Shown here one piece after another: positions 31,433 through 39,501 of a DNA stretch of 64,000 bases (the stretch's first letter is position 1; the number at the start of each line of letters is the position of its first letter). The notes beneath the pieces were generated by a model, which searched no databases, was not told where the DNA came from, and worked only from the letters and a program-made list of their open reading frames with translations. The position numbers were made by a program, and so were the translations under genes. Source of the stretch: Cytophagales bacterium (GTDB lineage Bacteria; Bacteroidota; Bacteroidia; Cytophagales; UBA9547); the NCBI GenBank assembly GCA_046152935.1, contig JBJXGB010000222.1, positions 1,648 through 65,647 on the forward strand. The letters are read 5' to 3'.

Positions 31433-32737
31433 GTGTCTTCTTTCGAAATCAAAGGCGGTCATCAGTTAAAAGGTGAAATTGTGCCGCAGGGCGCTAAAAA
31501 TGAGGCTTTACAAATTGTCTGTGCGGTTTTATTGACAGCAGAACCTGTCATTATCAGAAACATTCCACATATCCGTGATGTAATGAAGCTTATCGAACTG
31601 CTTCAGGATTTGGGCGTGTTTGTAGAAAAACTTAACGACCACGACTACAAGTTCATTGCCAAAGATGTAAACCTTGATTTTCTAGAAACAGAAGATTTCA
31701 AACAAAAAGGTGCCGCTTTACGAGGATCCGTGATGATTATTGGTCCTTTATTGGCCAGATTTGGAAAAGCGAAGATGCCAAAACCAGGTGGCGACAAAAT
31801 TGGTAGACGAAGGTTAGATACGCATTTTATTGGCTTCGAAAAACTAGGTGCTAAATTCAATTACGATACCAAAGACGCCTTTTTTGAAATAGATGCCAAA
31901 GCTCTCAAAGGCTGCTACATGCTGCTTGACGAAGCATCTGTAACGGGCACGGCAAATATAGTGATGGCCGCTGTGATGGCGGAAGGCAAAACCAGTATTT
32001 ACAATGCAGCTTGCGAGCCATATTTGCAACAACTTTGCCAAATGTTGGTGAGAATGGGAGCAAAAATAGAAGGAATTGGCTCTAATTTTCTACATATATA
32101 TGGTGTAGATTCTTTGTGTGGTACCGAACATACTTTGCTTCCAGACATGATTGAAATTGGCAGTTTTATTGGTCTTGCTGCCATGACTCAATCGGAAATA
32201 ACCATAAAAAATGCAAGAGTAGACATGTTGGGAATGATTCCAGACACATTCAGAAAATTGGGTATTCATTTGGAAATAAAAGGAGACGACATTTTTATCC
32301 CCTCGCAAACCCACTACGAATTAGACACTTTTATAGATGGCTCCACGCTTACTGTTGCTGATTCTCCTTGGCCAGGTTTCACTCCAGATTTGTTGAGTAT
32401 TGTACTCGTAACGGCCATACAAGCCAAAGGAACAGTGCTTATACATCAAAAAATGTTTGAAAGTCGCCTTTTCTTTGTAGATAAACTAATAGAAATGGGT
32501 GCCCAGATTATCTTGTGCGACCCACACCGAGCCACTGTAATTGGGCTTAACCGAGCCTATAATTTGCGTGGAATTACCATGACCTCACCCGATATTCGTG
32601 CAGGGGTTTCTCTTTTAATTGCAGCCATGGGTGCTGAAGGCACTAGCATAATCCATAATATCGAACAAATAGACCGAGGCTACCAATACATCGACACGAG
32701 ATTGAACAACCTAGGTGCGAAAATTGTAAGGAAATAA
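31433..32737 (+). CDS. murA: UDP-N-acetylglucosamine 1-carboxyvinyltransferase
   Basis: EPSP-synthase fold MurA blocks (GAKNEALQIVCAVLL, PKPGGDKIGRRRLDTH, HRATVIG, DIRAG). GTG start. Confidence 0.93.
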   Translation: MSSFEIKGGHQLKGEIVPQGAKNEALQIVCAVLLTAEPVIIRNIPHIRDVMKLIELLQDLGVFVEKLNDHDYKFIAKDVNLDFLETEDFKQKGAALRGSVMIIGPLLARFGKAKMPKPGGDKIGRRRLDTHFIGFEKLGAKFNYDTKDAFFEIDAKALKGCYMLLDEASVTGTANIVMAAVMAEGKTSIYNAACEPYLQQLCQMLVRMGAKIEGIGSNFLHIYGVDSLCGTEHTLLPDMIEIGSFIGLAAMTQSEITIKNARVDMLGMIPDTFRKLGIHLEIKGDDIFIPSQTHYELDTFIDGSTLTVADSPWPGFTPDLLSIVLVTAIQAKGTVLIHQKMFESRLFFVDKLIEMGAQIILCDPHRATVIGLNRAYNLRGITMTSPDIRAGVSLLIAAMGAEGTSIIHNIEQIDRGYQYIDTRLNNLGAKIVRK

Positions 32738-32757
32738 GAACGGGAATCTAGTGCTAT

Positions 32758-32798
32758 AAAAAAGTTATTGTTGAATGATATTCTACAATAACTTTTTT
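32758..32798. terminator. 14-bp perfect hairpin between convergent murA and moxR, likely murA terminator
   Basis: AAAAAAGTTATTGT-13 nt loop-ACAATAACTTTTTT. The right arm overlaps the moxR stop codon and its last codons. Confidence 0.5.
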
Positions 32799-33739
32799 AC
32801 CATTTCTTCAACACTTACGCCATTGGCTTCAGCCTTGAAATTTAACACAATTCTGTGACGCAATATAGGCAGAGCCACTGCTTGCACATCTTCAATATCA
32901 GGAGAATATTTCCCATTAAGCAAGGCATTGCATTTCGCCCCAACCACTAGAAACTGCGATGCTCTTGGGCCAGCGCCCCATTCAATGTATTCGTTGGTTT
33001 CCTTAGCAGCCAACTCGGTGTTCGGGCGAGTTTTTTGAACTAGTTTCACAGCATATTCTACCACATTATCTGCCACAGGCGCTTTTCGGATCAATTCTTG
33101 GTATTGTTTTATGTCTTTGCTTCCGATTATTTTATTAATGCTTACTTTCTTTTCAGAGGTGGTGCTTTTTACAATTTCAATTTCGTCCTTAAAACTTGGA
33201 TAATCGAGCAAAATATTAAACATAAACCTATCTAATTGAGCCTCTGGCAAGGGATAAGTGCCTTCTTGCTCAATTGGATTTTGTGTGGCAAGTACAAAAA
33301 ATGGCTTGTCTAGATTGTAAGATTGACCTGCAATCGTTACGCTTTGCTCTTGCATAGCCTCTAAAAGCGAAGCTTGGGTTTTTGGAGGCGTTCGATTTAT
33401 TTCATCAGCCAAAATAATATTTGCAAAAACGGGGCCTTTTACAAATTTAATATTGCGATTTGAATCTAAAGTTTCAGAACCTGTAATATCGGAAGGCATT
33501 AAATCGGGAGTAAACTGAATACGCTTGAAATCAAGATCTAAAGCATCTGAAATAGTTTGGATCAAAGAAGTTTTTGCTAAACCAGGCACACCCACCAAGA
33601 GGCAATGCCCACGGCTGAGAATCCCAGTCAATACCAATTTTACTACCTCATTCTGCCCTACAATTACTTTCGCTATTTCTTGGGTGAGTTTTTTATATGA
33701 AGCCGCAAGTTCATCGGCCAATTCTACATCTGATTTCAT
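32783..33739 (-). CDS. MoxR-family AAA+ ATPase
   Basis: Walker A LLVGVPGLAKT, Walker B ILADEINR, VLATQNP...EAQLDRF. 318 aa. Confidence 0.9.
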   Translation of the reverse strand: MKSDVELADELAASYKKLTQEIAKVIVGQNEVVKLVLTGILSRGHCLLVGVPGLAKTSLIQTISDALDLDFKRIQFTPDLMPSDITGSETLDSNRNIKFVKGPVFANIILADEINRTPPKTQASLLEAMQEQSVTIAGQSYNLDKPFFVLATQNPIEQEGTYPLPEAQLDRFMFNILLDYPSFKDEIEIVKSTTSEKKVSINKIIGSKDIKQYQELIRKAPVADNVVEYAVKLVQKTRPNTELAAKETNEYIEWGAGPRASQFLVVGAKCNALLNGKYSPDIEDVQAVALPILRHRIVLNFKAEANGVSVEEMVKKLL

Positions 33740-33941
33740 TTTTATCTATTAGCAAGTAATTTCTGCAATAATACGTTGATAAAGGCAGATAGTCAATTTT
33801 GAAAAAATTAATACACATTGTATTAGTATATCAAAAGGAAACAAAATAAAAACTGTGAATTTGTCGAACAGATTCAAATGACAATTTGTTTATTTAGAAA
33901 AGTTCTAAGCATTGAGTATTTTTGACCAAATTTAAAGCATT

Positions 33942-35180
33942 ATGACACTAGAAACAGATTTGAACATAGATATAGATAGTATCAGAAAAGACTTTCCCAT
34001 ATTAAATGAAAAAATCAATGGAAAACAATTGGTATATTTTGATAATGCAGCTACAACTCAAAAACCCAAATCTGTAATATTGGCTTTGACATCGTATTAC
34101 GAGACCATTAATGCCAATATTCACAGAGGTATTCATACCTTGGCCGAAAAAGCAACAGCCGAATATGAAATGACACGTGAAAAAATCAGAGAATTCATCA
34201 ATGCCGAGTCTTCAGATCAAGTTATTTTCACAAGAGGGGTTACAGAAAGTGTAAACTTAGTTGCGCAAACGTATGGAAGAATGTTTTTAGAAGCTGGAGA
34301 TGAAATTATCATTTCAACTATGGAACACCATTCGAATATTGTGCCTTGGCAAATGATTTGTGAAGAAAAAGGGGCTATTCTCAAGATAATTCCGATCAAT
34401 GACGATGGTGATTTGATAATGGCTGAATATGAAAAATTACTCTCAACCAAAACCAAAATAGTATCTGTTGTACATGTTTCTAATGCACTAGGCACAGTAA
34501 ATCCTGTAAAAGAAATTATTGAAAAAGCACACGAATTTGGAGCTGTGGTAATGCTAGATGGGGCGCAGGCCGCTTCACATCAACACATAGATGTACAAGA
34601 TTTGAATGTTGATTTCTATGCTTTATCTGGTCATAAATTTTACGGTCCGACTGGCATTGGTGTGCTTTACGGCAAAAGAGCATTGTTAGAAAAAATGCCA
34701 CCATACATGGGTGGTGGAGAGATGATAAAAGAAGTAACATTTGGCAAAACCACCTACAATGAATTGCCTTATAAGTTTGAAGCTGGTACACCCAATATTG
34801 CAGATACCATAGCCCTAAGGAAAGGCATTGAATACATGGAAAGAATTGGTTTTGAGGCAATTGCACATCATGAAAATGAATTATTGCATTATGCAACAGA
34901 TGTGCTCACTTCATTTTCTGGGTTAAGAATTGTAGGAAATGCCAAAGAAAAGGTGAGCGTTTGTTCGTTTGTGATGGATGGAATTCATCCGCAAGATATT
35001 GGTATTATTTTAGATAGCGAAGGCATAGCCGTGCGTACAGGTCATCATTGTACTCAGCCCTTGATGGATAGATTTAATATACCAGGCACTGCTAGGGCAT
35101 CATTTGCATTATACAACACAAAAGCAGAAATTGATAAACTTGGCAAAGGGATTGAAAAGGTGATTAGAATGGCTAGATAA
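33942..35180 (+). CDS. sufS: cysteine desulfurase, SufS subfamily
   Basis: PLP Lys context SGHKFYGPTGIGVLYG, catalytic Cys loop RTGHHCTQPL, HRGIH motif. Followed by sufE. Confidence 0.93.
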   Translation: MTLETDLNIDIDSIRKDFPILNEKINGKQLVYFDNAATTQKPKSVILALTSYYETINANIHRGIHTLAEKATAEYEMTREKIREFINAESSDQVIFTRGVTESVNLVAQTYGRMFLEAGDEIIISTMEHHSNIVPWQMICEEKGAILKIIPINDDGDLIMAEYEKLLSTKTKIVSVVHVSNALGTVNPVKEIIEKAHEFGAVVMLDGAQAASHQHIDVQDLNVDFYALSGHKFYGPTGIGVLYGKRALLEKMPPYMGGGEMIKEVTFGKTTYNELPYKFEAGTPNIADTIALRKGIEYMERIGFEAIAHHENELLHYATDVLTSFSGLRIVGNAKEKVSVCSFVMDGIHPQDIGIILDSEGIAVRTGHHCTQPLMDRFNIPGTARASFALYNTKAEIDKLGKGIEKVIRMAR

Positions 35181-35188
35181 AATATAAA

Positions 35189-35608
35189 ATGACAATAGAA
35201 GGCATTGAGAATGAGCTGATTGAAGATTTTGCTCTGTTTGAAACATGGGACGAAAAATACGAATACATCATTGATTTGGGCAAAAAGCTAGATCCTTTGG
35301 GGGCTGAATTCAAAACCACAGAACGAAAAATAAAGGGCTGCCAAAGCAGTGTGTGGTTGGTATCTGAATTTGAAAATGGTTCCGTAAAATTTAGAGCCGA
35401 TAGTGATTCTGTGATCGTCAAAGGATTAGTTAGCTTACTGATAAAGGTGCTTTCCGATCAAAAACCAGCCGATATTATCAAATCTGATTTGGCTTTTATG
35501 GATAAAATAGGCTTGATGCAACATTTGGCTCAAACGCGATCAAATGGTTTATTGGCAATGGTAAAGCAAATGAAATTAGATGCAATGGTGTACCAATCGC
35601 AGGCTTAA
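35189..35608 (+). CDS. sufE: cysteine desulfuration protein SufE
   Basis: Conserved acceptor-Cys motif KIKGCQSSVWL. 139 aa. Confidence 0.9.
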   Translation: MTIEGIENELIEDFALFETWDEKYEYIIDLGKKLDPLGAEFKTTERKIKGCQSSVWLVSEFENGSVKFRADSDSVIVKGLVSLLIKVLSDQKPADIIKSDLAFMDKIGLMQHLAQTRSNGLLAMVKQMKLDAMVYQSQA

Positions 35609-35694
35609 ACGCAACTTTGGCATCAAAATTCAAAGGTATTTTCTTTCATAATTCGTGAAACTAATGTAAATTCGACTCATAACACTTTACCGAA

Positions 35695-36171
35695 ATGGAA
35701 ACGAGAGTGATTGAAATCTCCGACTATGAATTAGAAAGAGGAAAACCTATGCCAAGTAAAATACATAGTAAAATACAAATACTTTTAGGGTGCTTATTTT
35801 TGAATAAATATGCTTCAAGATTTGACTTTTTGAGTGAATTAGATGTTTTTTTAAATGGAAATAAGTATGTCCCAGACATCGCCATTTACAGAAAAGGCAT
35901 TTTAGATTTTGAAGAAGACGAATCTATGGTTTATATAGCTCCTTTAGCCGTGATAGAGATTTTGTCCCCTTCGCAAGCATTAGGCGATTTGATTATAAAA
36001 ATGAAAAAGTACATAGAAGGAGGCGTAAAATCGTATTGGCTTGTAGTACCTCAAACAAAAACTGTTTTTTTATTCGATAGCAATAAAGAACAAACCACTT
36101 TTATTTCAGGTACGATTAAAGACCACGAAACAGGTATTGAGCTTCAATTTGACGAAATTTTCAAATCATAG
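35695..36171 (+). CDS. Uma2 (DUF820) family PD-(D/E)xK nuclease-like protein, copy 1
   Basis: YELERGKPMP...VPDIAIY...PLAVIEILSPSQ...KMKKYIEGGVKSYWLV fits the Uma2 pattern PD...E.LS......K..Y...GV..YW. Confidence 0.7.
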   Translation: METRVIEISDYELERGKPMPSKIHSKIQILLGCLFLNKYASRFDFLSELDVFLNGNKYVPDIAIYRKGILDFEEDESMVYIAPLAVIEILSPSQALGDLIIKMKKYIEGGVKSYWLVVPQTKTVFLFDSNKEQTTFISGTIKDHETGIELQFDEIFKS

Positions 36172-36175
36172 TACC

Positions 36176-36649
36176 ATGGAAATTAGAACAATTGAAATAA
36201 CAGACTACGAATTAGAACGGGGAAAACCTTTGCCAAGTTTTGAACATTCAGCCGTTGAGGGCAACTTAATTTTTACATTAAAAACATTGTACAAAGATAA
36301 ATTCAACGTTCATCCAGAGTTATCGCTAGATTTGGAGGGAGAATTTTTAACGCCTGACATTAGCATTTTGCCCAAATTGAGTGTCGATTTTTCTAAAGTT
36401 CATATCAAATACACCAAAGCACCTATTGCGGTAATCGAAATATTGTCGCCAACCCAAGCGCTGGCAGATTTATTTGTAAAAATGCATCGATACATCGATT
36501 TAGGAGTGAAATCTGTATGGATAATAGAACCAATGTCGAAAACCGTTTGGGTATTTAATTCAAAAAAGGAACAAACTACTTTTATTGGTGACAAAATTTC
36601 AGATGCCGAAACAGGCATCGCTATAGAAATGAATGACATATTTAATTAA
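36176..36649 (+). CDS. Uma2 (DUF820) family PD-(D/E)xK nuclease-like protein, copy 2 (tandem paralogue)
   Basis: MEIRTIEITDYELERGKPLP...TPDISIL...PIAVIEILSPTQ...KMHRYIDLGVKSVWII. ATG at 36176, 4 nt after the copy-1 stop. The earlier start at 36137 overlaps copy 1. Confidence 0.7.
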   Translation: MEIRTIEITDYELERGKPLPSFEHSAVEGNLIFTLKTLYKDKFNVHPELSLDLEGEFLTPDISILPKLSVDFSKVHIKYTKAPIAVIEILSPTQALADLFVKMHRYIDLGVKSVWIIEPMSKTVWVFNSKKEQTTFIGDKISDAETGIAIEMNDIFN

Positions 36650-36651
36650 AA

Positions 36652-36984
36652 ATGGAAGCAACAGCAGCAGCATTAACAGAAGAACAAATAAAAGAAAAAG
36701 TAATTGAGGCTTGTAAATCGGTATATGACCCAGAAATACCAGTAAATATTTTTGAATTAGGGTTAATTTATGAAATAAACCTCTTTCCGATCAACAATTG
36801 CTATGTATCTATGACATTGACATCGCCATCTTGCCCTTCTGCTCAAGAATTGCCAGCCGAGGTAAAAACAAAAATTATGGAATTGGGCTTTTTCAACGAA
36901 GTAAATGTAGAAATTACGTTCGACCCAGCTTGGAATCAAGAAATGATGAGCGAAGTAGCAAAATTGGAACTTGGCTATATGTAA
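36652..36984 (+). CDS. DUF59-type Fe-S cluster assembly protein (SufT/PaaD-like)
   Basis: VYDPEIPVNIFELGLIY...MTLTSPSCPSA is the DUF59 signature. 110 aa. Confidence 0.85.
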   Translation: MEATAAALTEEQIKEKVIEACKSVYDPEIPVNIFELGLIYEINLFPINNCYVSMTLTSPSCPSAQELPAEVKTKIMELGFFNEVNVEITFDPAWNQEMMSEVAKLELGYM

Positions 36985-37072
36985 AACTGTTCAGAAGATG
37001 TAGTATTTTTGAGATGGAATTCAAACTGAGATTCTGATAAGTAAAAACCGACAAAAATTAACAATTAATAAA

Positions 37073-37489
37073 ATGTATCCTGAAGAATTGGTATTGCCCA
37101 TGAAAAAAGAACTTACTGATGTAGGTTTTGAAGATTTATTAAGTGCTGCTGGAGTAGAAAAGGCCGTAAATGAGAAGGGTACAACACTTGTGGTTGTCAA
37201 TTCTGTTTGTGGTTGTGCGGCCAGAAATGCTCGTCCAGCGGTTCGTATGGCTTTGACAAACAGTAAATTTAAACCATCGCACCTCACTACTGTTTTTGCG
37301 GGTGTTGATACAGATGCAGTTTCGAAAGCAAGAGAATTCATGCTCCCTTATGCGCCATCATCACCTTCGATTGCATTATTTAAAGATGGTGAGTTAGTAC
37401 ACATGATCGAGCGTCATCATATTGAAGGTCGTCCTGCTGAAATGATTGCTGATAATTTGATGTTGGCTTTTGAAGAATATTGTGCGTAA
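37073..37489 (+). CDS. bacilliredoxin (BrxA/BrxB, YphP/YqiW, DUF1094) family protein
   Basis: TTLVVVNSVCGCAARNARPA contains the family CGC redox motif. 138 aa. Confidence 0.8.
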   Translation: MYPEELVLPMKKELTDVGFEDLLSAAGVEKAVNEKGTTLVVVNSVCGCAARNARPAVRMALTNSKFKPSHLTTVFAGVDTDAVSKAREFMLPYAPSSPSIALFKDGELVHMIERHHIEGRPAEMIADNLMLAFEEYCA

Positions 37490-37513
37490 AAAGTGCTTTT
37501 CTTAGACACTGAT

Positions 37514-37545
37514 AAAAATCCTGCTTTCTCAACAGCAGGATTTTT
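37514..37545 (+). terminator. rho-independent terminator after the bacilliredoxin gene
   Basis: AAAAATCCTGCT-8 nt loop-AGCAGGATTTTT followed by TGTTTT, 25 nt after the stop. Confidence 0.7.
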
Positions 37546-37684
37546 TGTTTTCAAAATGCCCATCTTCTTAAAACCTTTTTTACGAATCGCTTTCACTTCA
37601 CCAATTTTTGCGTCTCACTGCCTATTGTTAAAGTTAATGACATTAGAATTTTACTTATATTCGCACCAAACAAACAAATAAAAA

Positions 37685-37894
37685 ATGAAACTCGTTTTCG
37701 ATCGCACCAATTACATCATTCTATTAGCCGGAATAGCAGTATTAATCATAGGTTATTTTGTAATGACACTCGATAAAGAACCTTATGGCTTTGGATTTGT
37801 TGGTTTGACACTTGGCCCACTGATCGTTTCGATCGGGTTTGCAATTCAGTTTGTGGCTATTTTTTACAAGAAAAAATCTACTGACAAAATCTAA
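37685..37894 (+). CDS. small two-TM membrane protein (DUF3098-like)
   Basis: 69 aa with two hydrophobic helices (YIILLAGIAVLIIGYFVM; LGPLIVSIGFAIQFVAIF). Resembles the DUF3098 family as I recall it. Confidence 0.55.
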   Translation: MKLVFDRTNYIILLAGIAVLIIGYFVMTLDKEPYGFGFVGLTLGPLIVSIGFAIQFVAIFYKKKSTDKI

Positions 37895-37983
37895 TAAACA
37901 ACAAATATTCTGCTGCCTCTGAATATTTTAGAAAGAGCAAAAATCAAACTCAGCATTGAATTGAACTAGTAAAAGCAATTTCC

Positions 37984-38763
37984 ATGACCATTTTTGAAGC
38001 CGTGATATTAGCCATCGTAGAAGGTATCACAGAGTTTTTACCCATCTCATCTACTGGCCACATGATTATCGTGTCGAGCCTTTTTGGCATCCAAAGTTCT
38101 GAATTTGTAAAAATTTTTACTGTCAATATTCAGTTGGGAGCTATTTTATCAGTATTAGTTTTATACTGGAATCGCTTTTTTAAGTCGTTAGATTTTTATT
38201 ACAAACTTATAATAGCTTTCATCCCAGCAGCCATTATTGGCTTTCTTTTAGGCGATTATATCGATAGCCTGCTCGAAAATGTGCTTGTGGTGGCAATTAT
38301 GCTATTAGCAGGAGGCGTTGTCCTTTTATTTGTTGATAAGTGGTTTGTAAATAACACAGAAGAAAAAGAACTCACATTTCCATCTGCATTTGTGATTGGT
38401 CTTTTTCAATGTATTGCCTTAATACCTGGTGTTTCACGCTCTGCCTCTACCATCATTGGCGGGATGGCGAAAGGCTTAACAAGAAAACAAGCCGCAGAAT
38501 TTTCCTTTTTTCTAGCAGTACCAACCATGTTTGCCGCCACAGCATATAAATTATTGAAAAACTACAAATCTATCCAAACAGAACATATCCAGCTACTAGC
38601 AGTTGGAAATTTGGTGGCTTTCATTGTAGCTATTATTGCCATTAAATTCTTCATTTCTGTATTAACAAAATACGGTTTCAAAGCCTTTGGATGGTATAGA
38701 ATAGTAGTGGGCTCTGCTATTTTGATATTGCTTGCCTTAGGATACAATCTTCAAATCGTGTAG
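37984..38763 (+). CDS. uppP: undecaprenyl-diphosphate phosphatase
   Basis: BacA/UppP motifs ([28 protein letters not shown]). 8-TM, 259-aa protein. Confidence 0.92.
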   Translation: MTIFEAVILAIVEGITEFLPISSTGHMIIVSSLFGIQSSEFVKIFTVNIQLGAILSVLVLYWNRFFKSLDFYYKLIIAFIPAAIIGFLLGDYIDSLLENVLVVAIMLLAGGVVLLFVDKWFVNNTEEKELTFPSAFVIGLFQCIALIPGVSRSASTIIGGMAKGLTRKQAAEFSFFLAVPTMFAATAYKLLKNYKSIQTEHIQLLAVGNLVAFIVAIIAIKFFISVLTKYGFKAFGWYRIVVGSAILILLALGYNLQIV

Positions 38764-38796
38764 CTTTTCAGCTTATTTACCTTACAACTCCTATAA

Positions 38797-39492
38797 ATGT
38801 CTGATTTTTTGCAAAAATATGAAGATGGTCAGGTAATTCTGATCGACAAACCACAATCGTGGACTTCGTTTGATGTAGTAAACAAATTACGGTACGCTTT
38901 GAAGGTAAAAAAACTCGGACATGCAGGCACGCTCGATCCATTGGCAACAGGCTTGTTGATACTTTGTTCTGGTAAATTCACAAAAAAAATAGACGAATAC
39001 CAAGCCCAAGAAAAAGAATATGTTGGGGAAATGATTTTAGGAAAAACTACTCCGAGCTACGATAGCGAAACGGAGGTAAATGGGGAATTCCACATAGATC
39101 ATATCAATATTGAAACGATTCATGAAGCATCTACATCATTTTTAGGAGAAATATCACAAATCCCACCTATGTATTCTGCCATCAAAAAAGATGGACAAAG
39201 GATGTACGATTTGGCTCGTCAAGGCAAAACTATTGAACTTGAACCACGAAAAGTAACGGTTACAACATTCGAGATTACTAAGATTGACATTCCAAAAGTA
39301 GAATTTCGAGTGGTGTGCTCAAAAGGCACTTATATAAGAAGTCTGGTACATGATTTGGGCAAAAAACTAAATTCAGGAGCATACATGAGTGCATTGAGAA
39401 GAACCCGAATAGGTGCATTTCGCGTAGAAAATGCACAATCTGTCGCAAATTTCATCGATCAAATCAAAGAAATGGGCAGCAAAAACGCATGA
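38797..39492 (+). CDS. truB: tRNA pseudouridine(55) synthase
   Basis: Catalytic-Asp motif GHAGTLDPLATGLL and PPMYSAIK. 231 aa. Confidence 0.93.
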   Translation: MSDFLQKYEDGQVILIDKPQSWTSFDVVNKLRYALKVKKLGHAGTLDPLATGLLILCSGKFTKKIDEYQAQEKEYVGEMILGKTTPSYDSETEVNGEFHIDHINIETIHEASTSFLGEISQIPPMYSAIKKDGQRMYDLARQGKTIELEPRKVTVTTFEITKIDIPKVEFRVVCSKGTYIRSLVHDLGKKLNSGAYMSALRRTRIGAFRVENAQSVANFIDQIKEMGSKNA

Positions 39493-39501
39493 CATAAAGT
39501 G

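Noticed and set aside
36137-36175. Earlier start for the second Uma2 paralogue, overlapping the first.
   Set aside because: Paralogue alignment shows both proteins begin ME[TI]R.IEI[ST]DYELERGKP. The ATG at 36176 restores that alignment and removes the overlap.
37493-37681. 62-aa ORF after the bacilliredoxin gene.
   Set aside because: It is read straight through a strong rho-independent terminator hairpin (37514-37545) and into a promoter-like AT-rich region, so coding is implausible.
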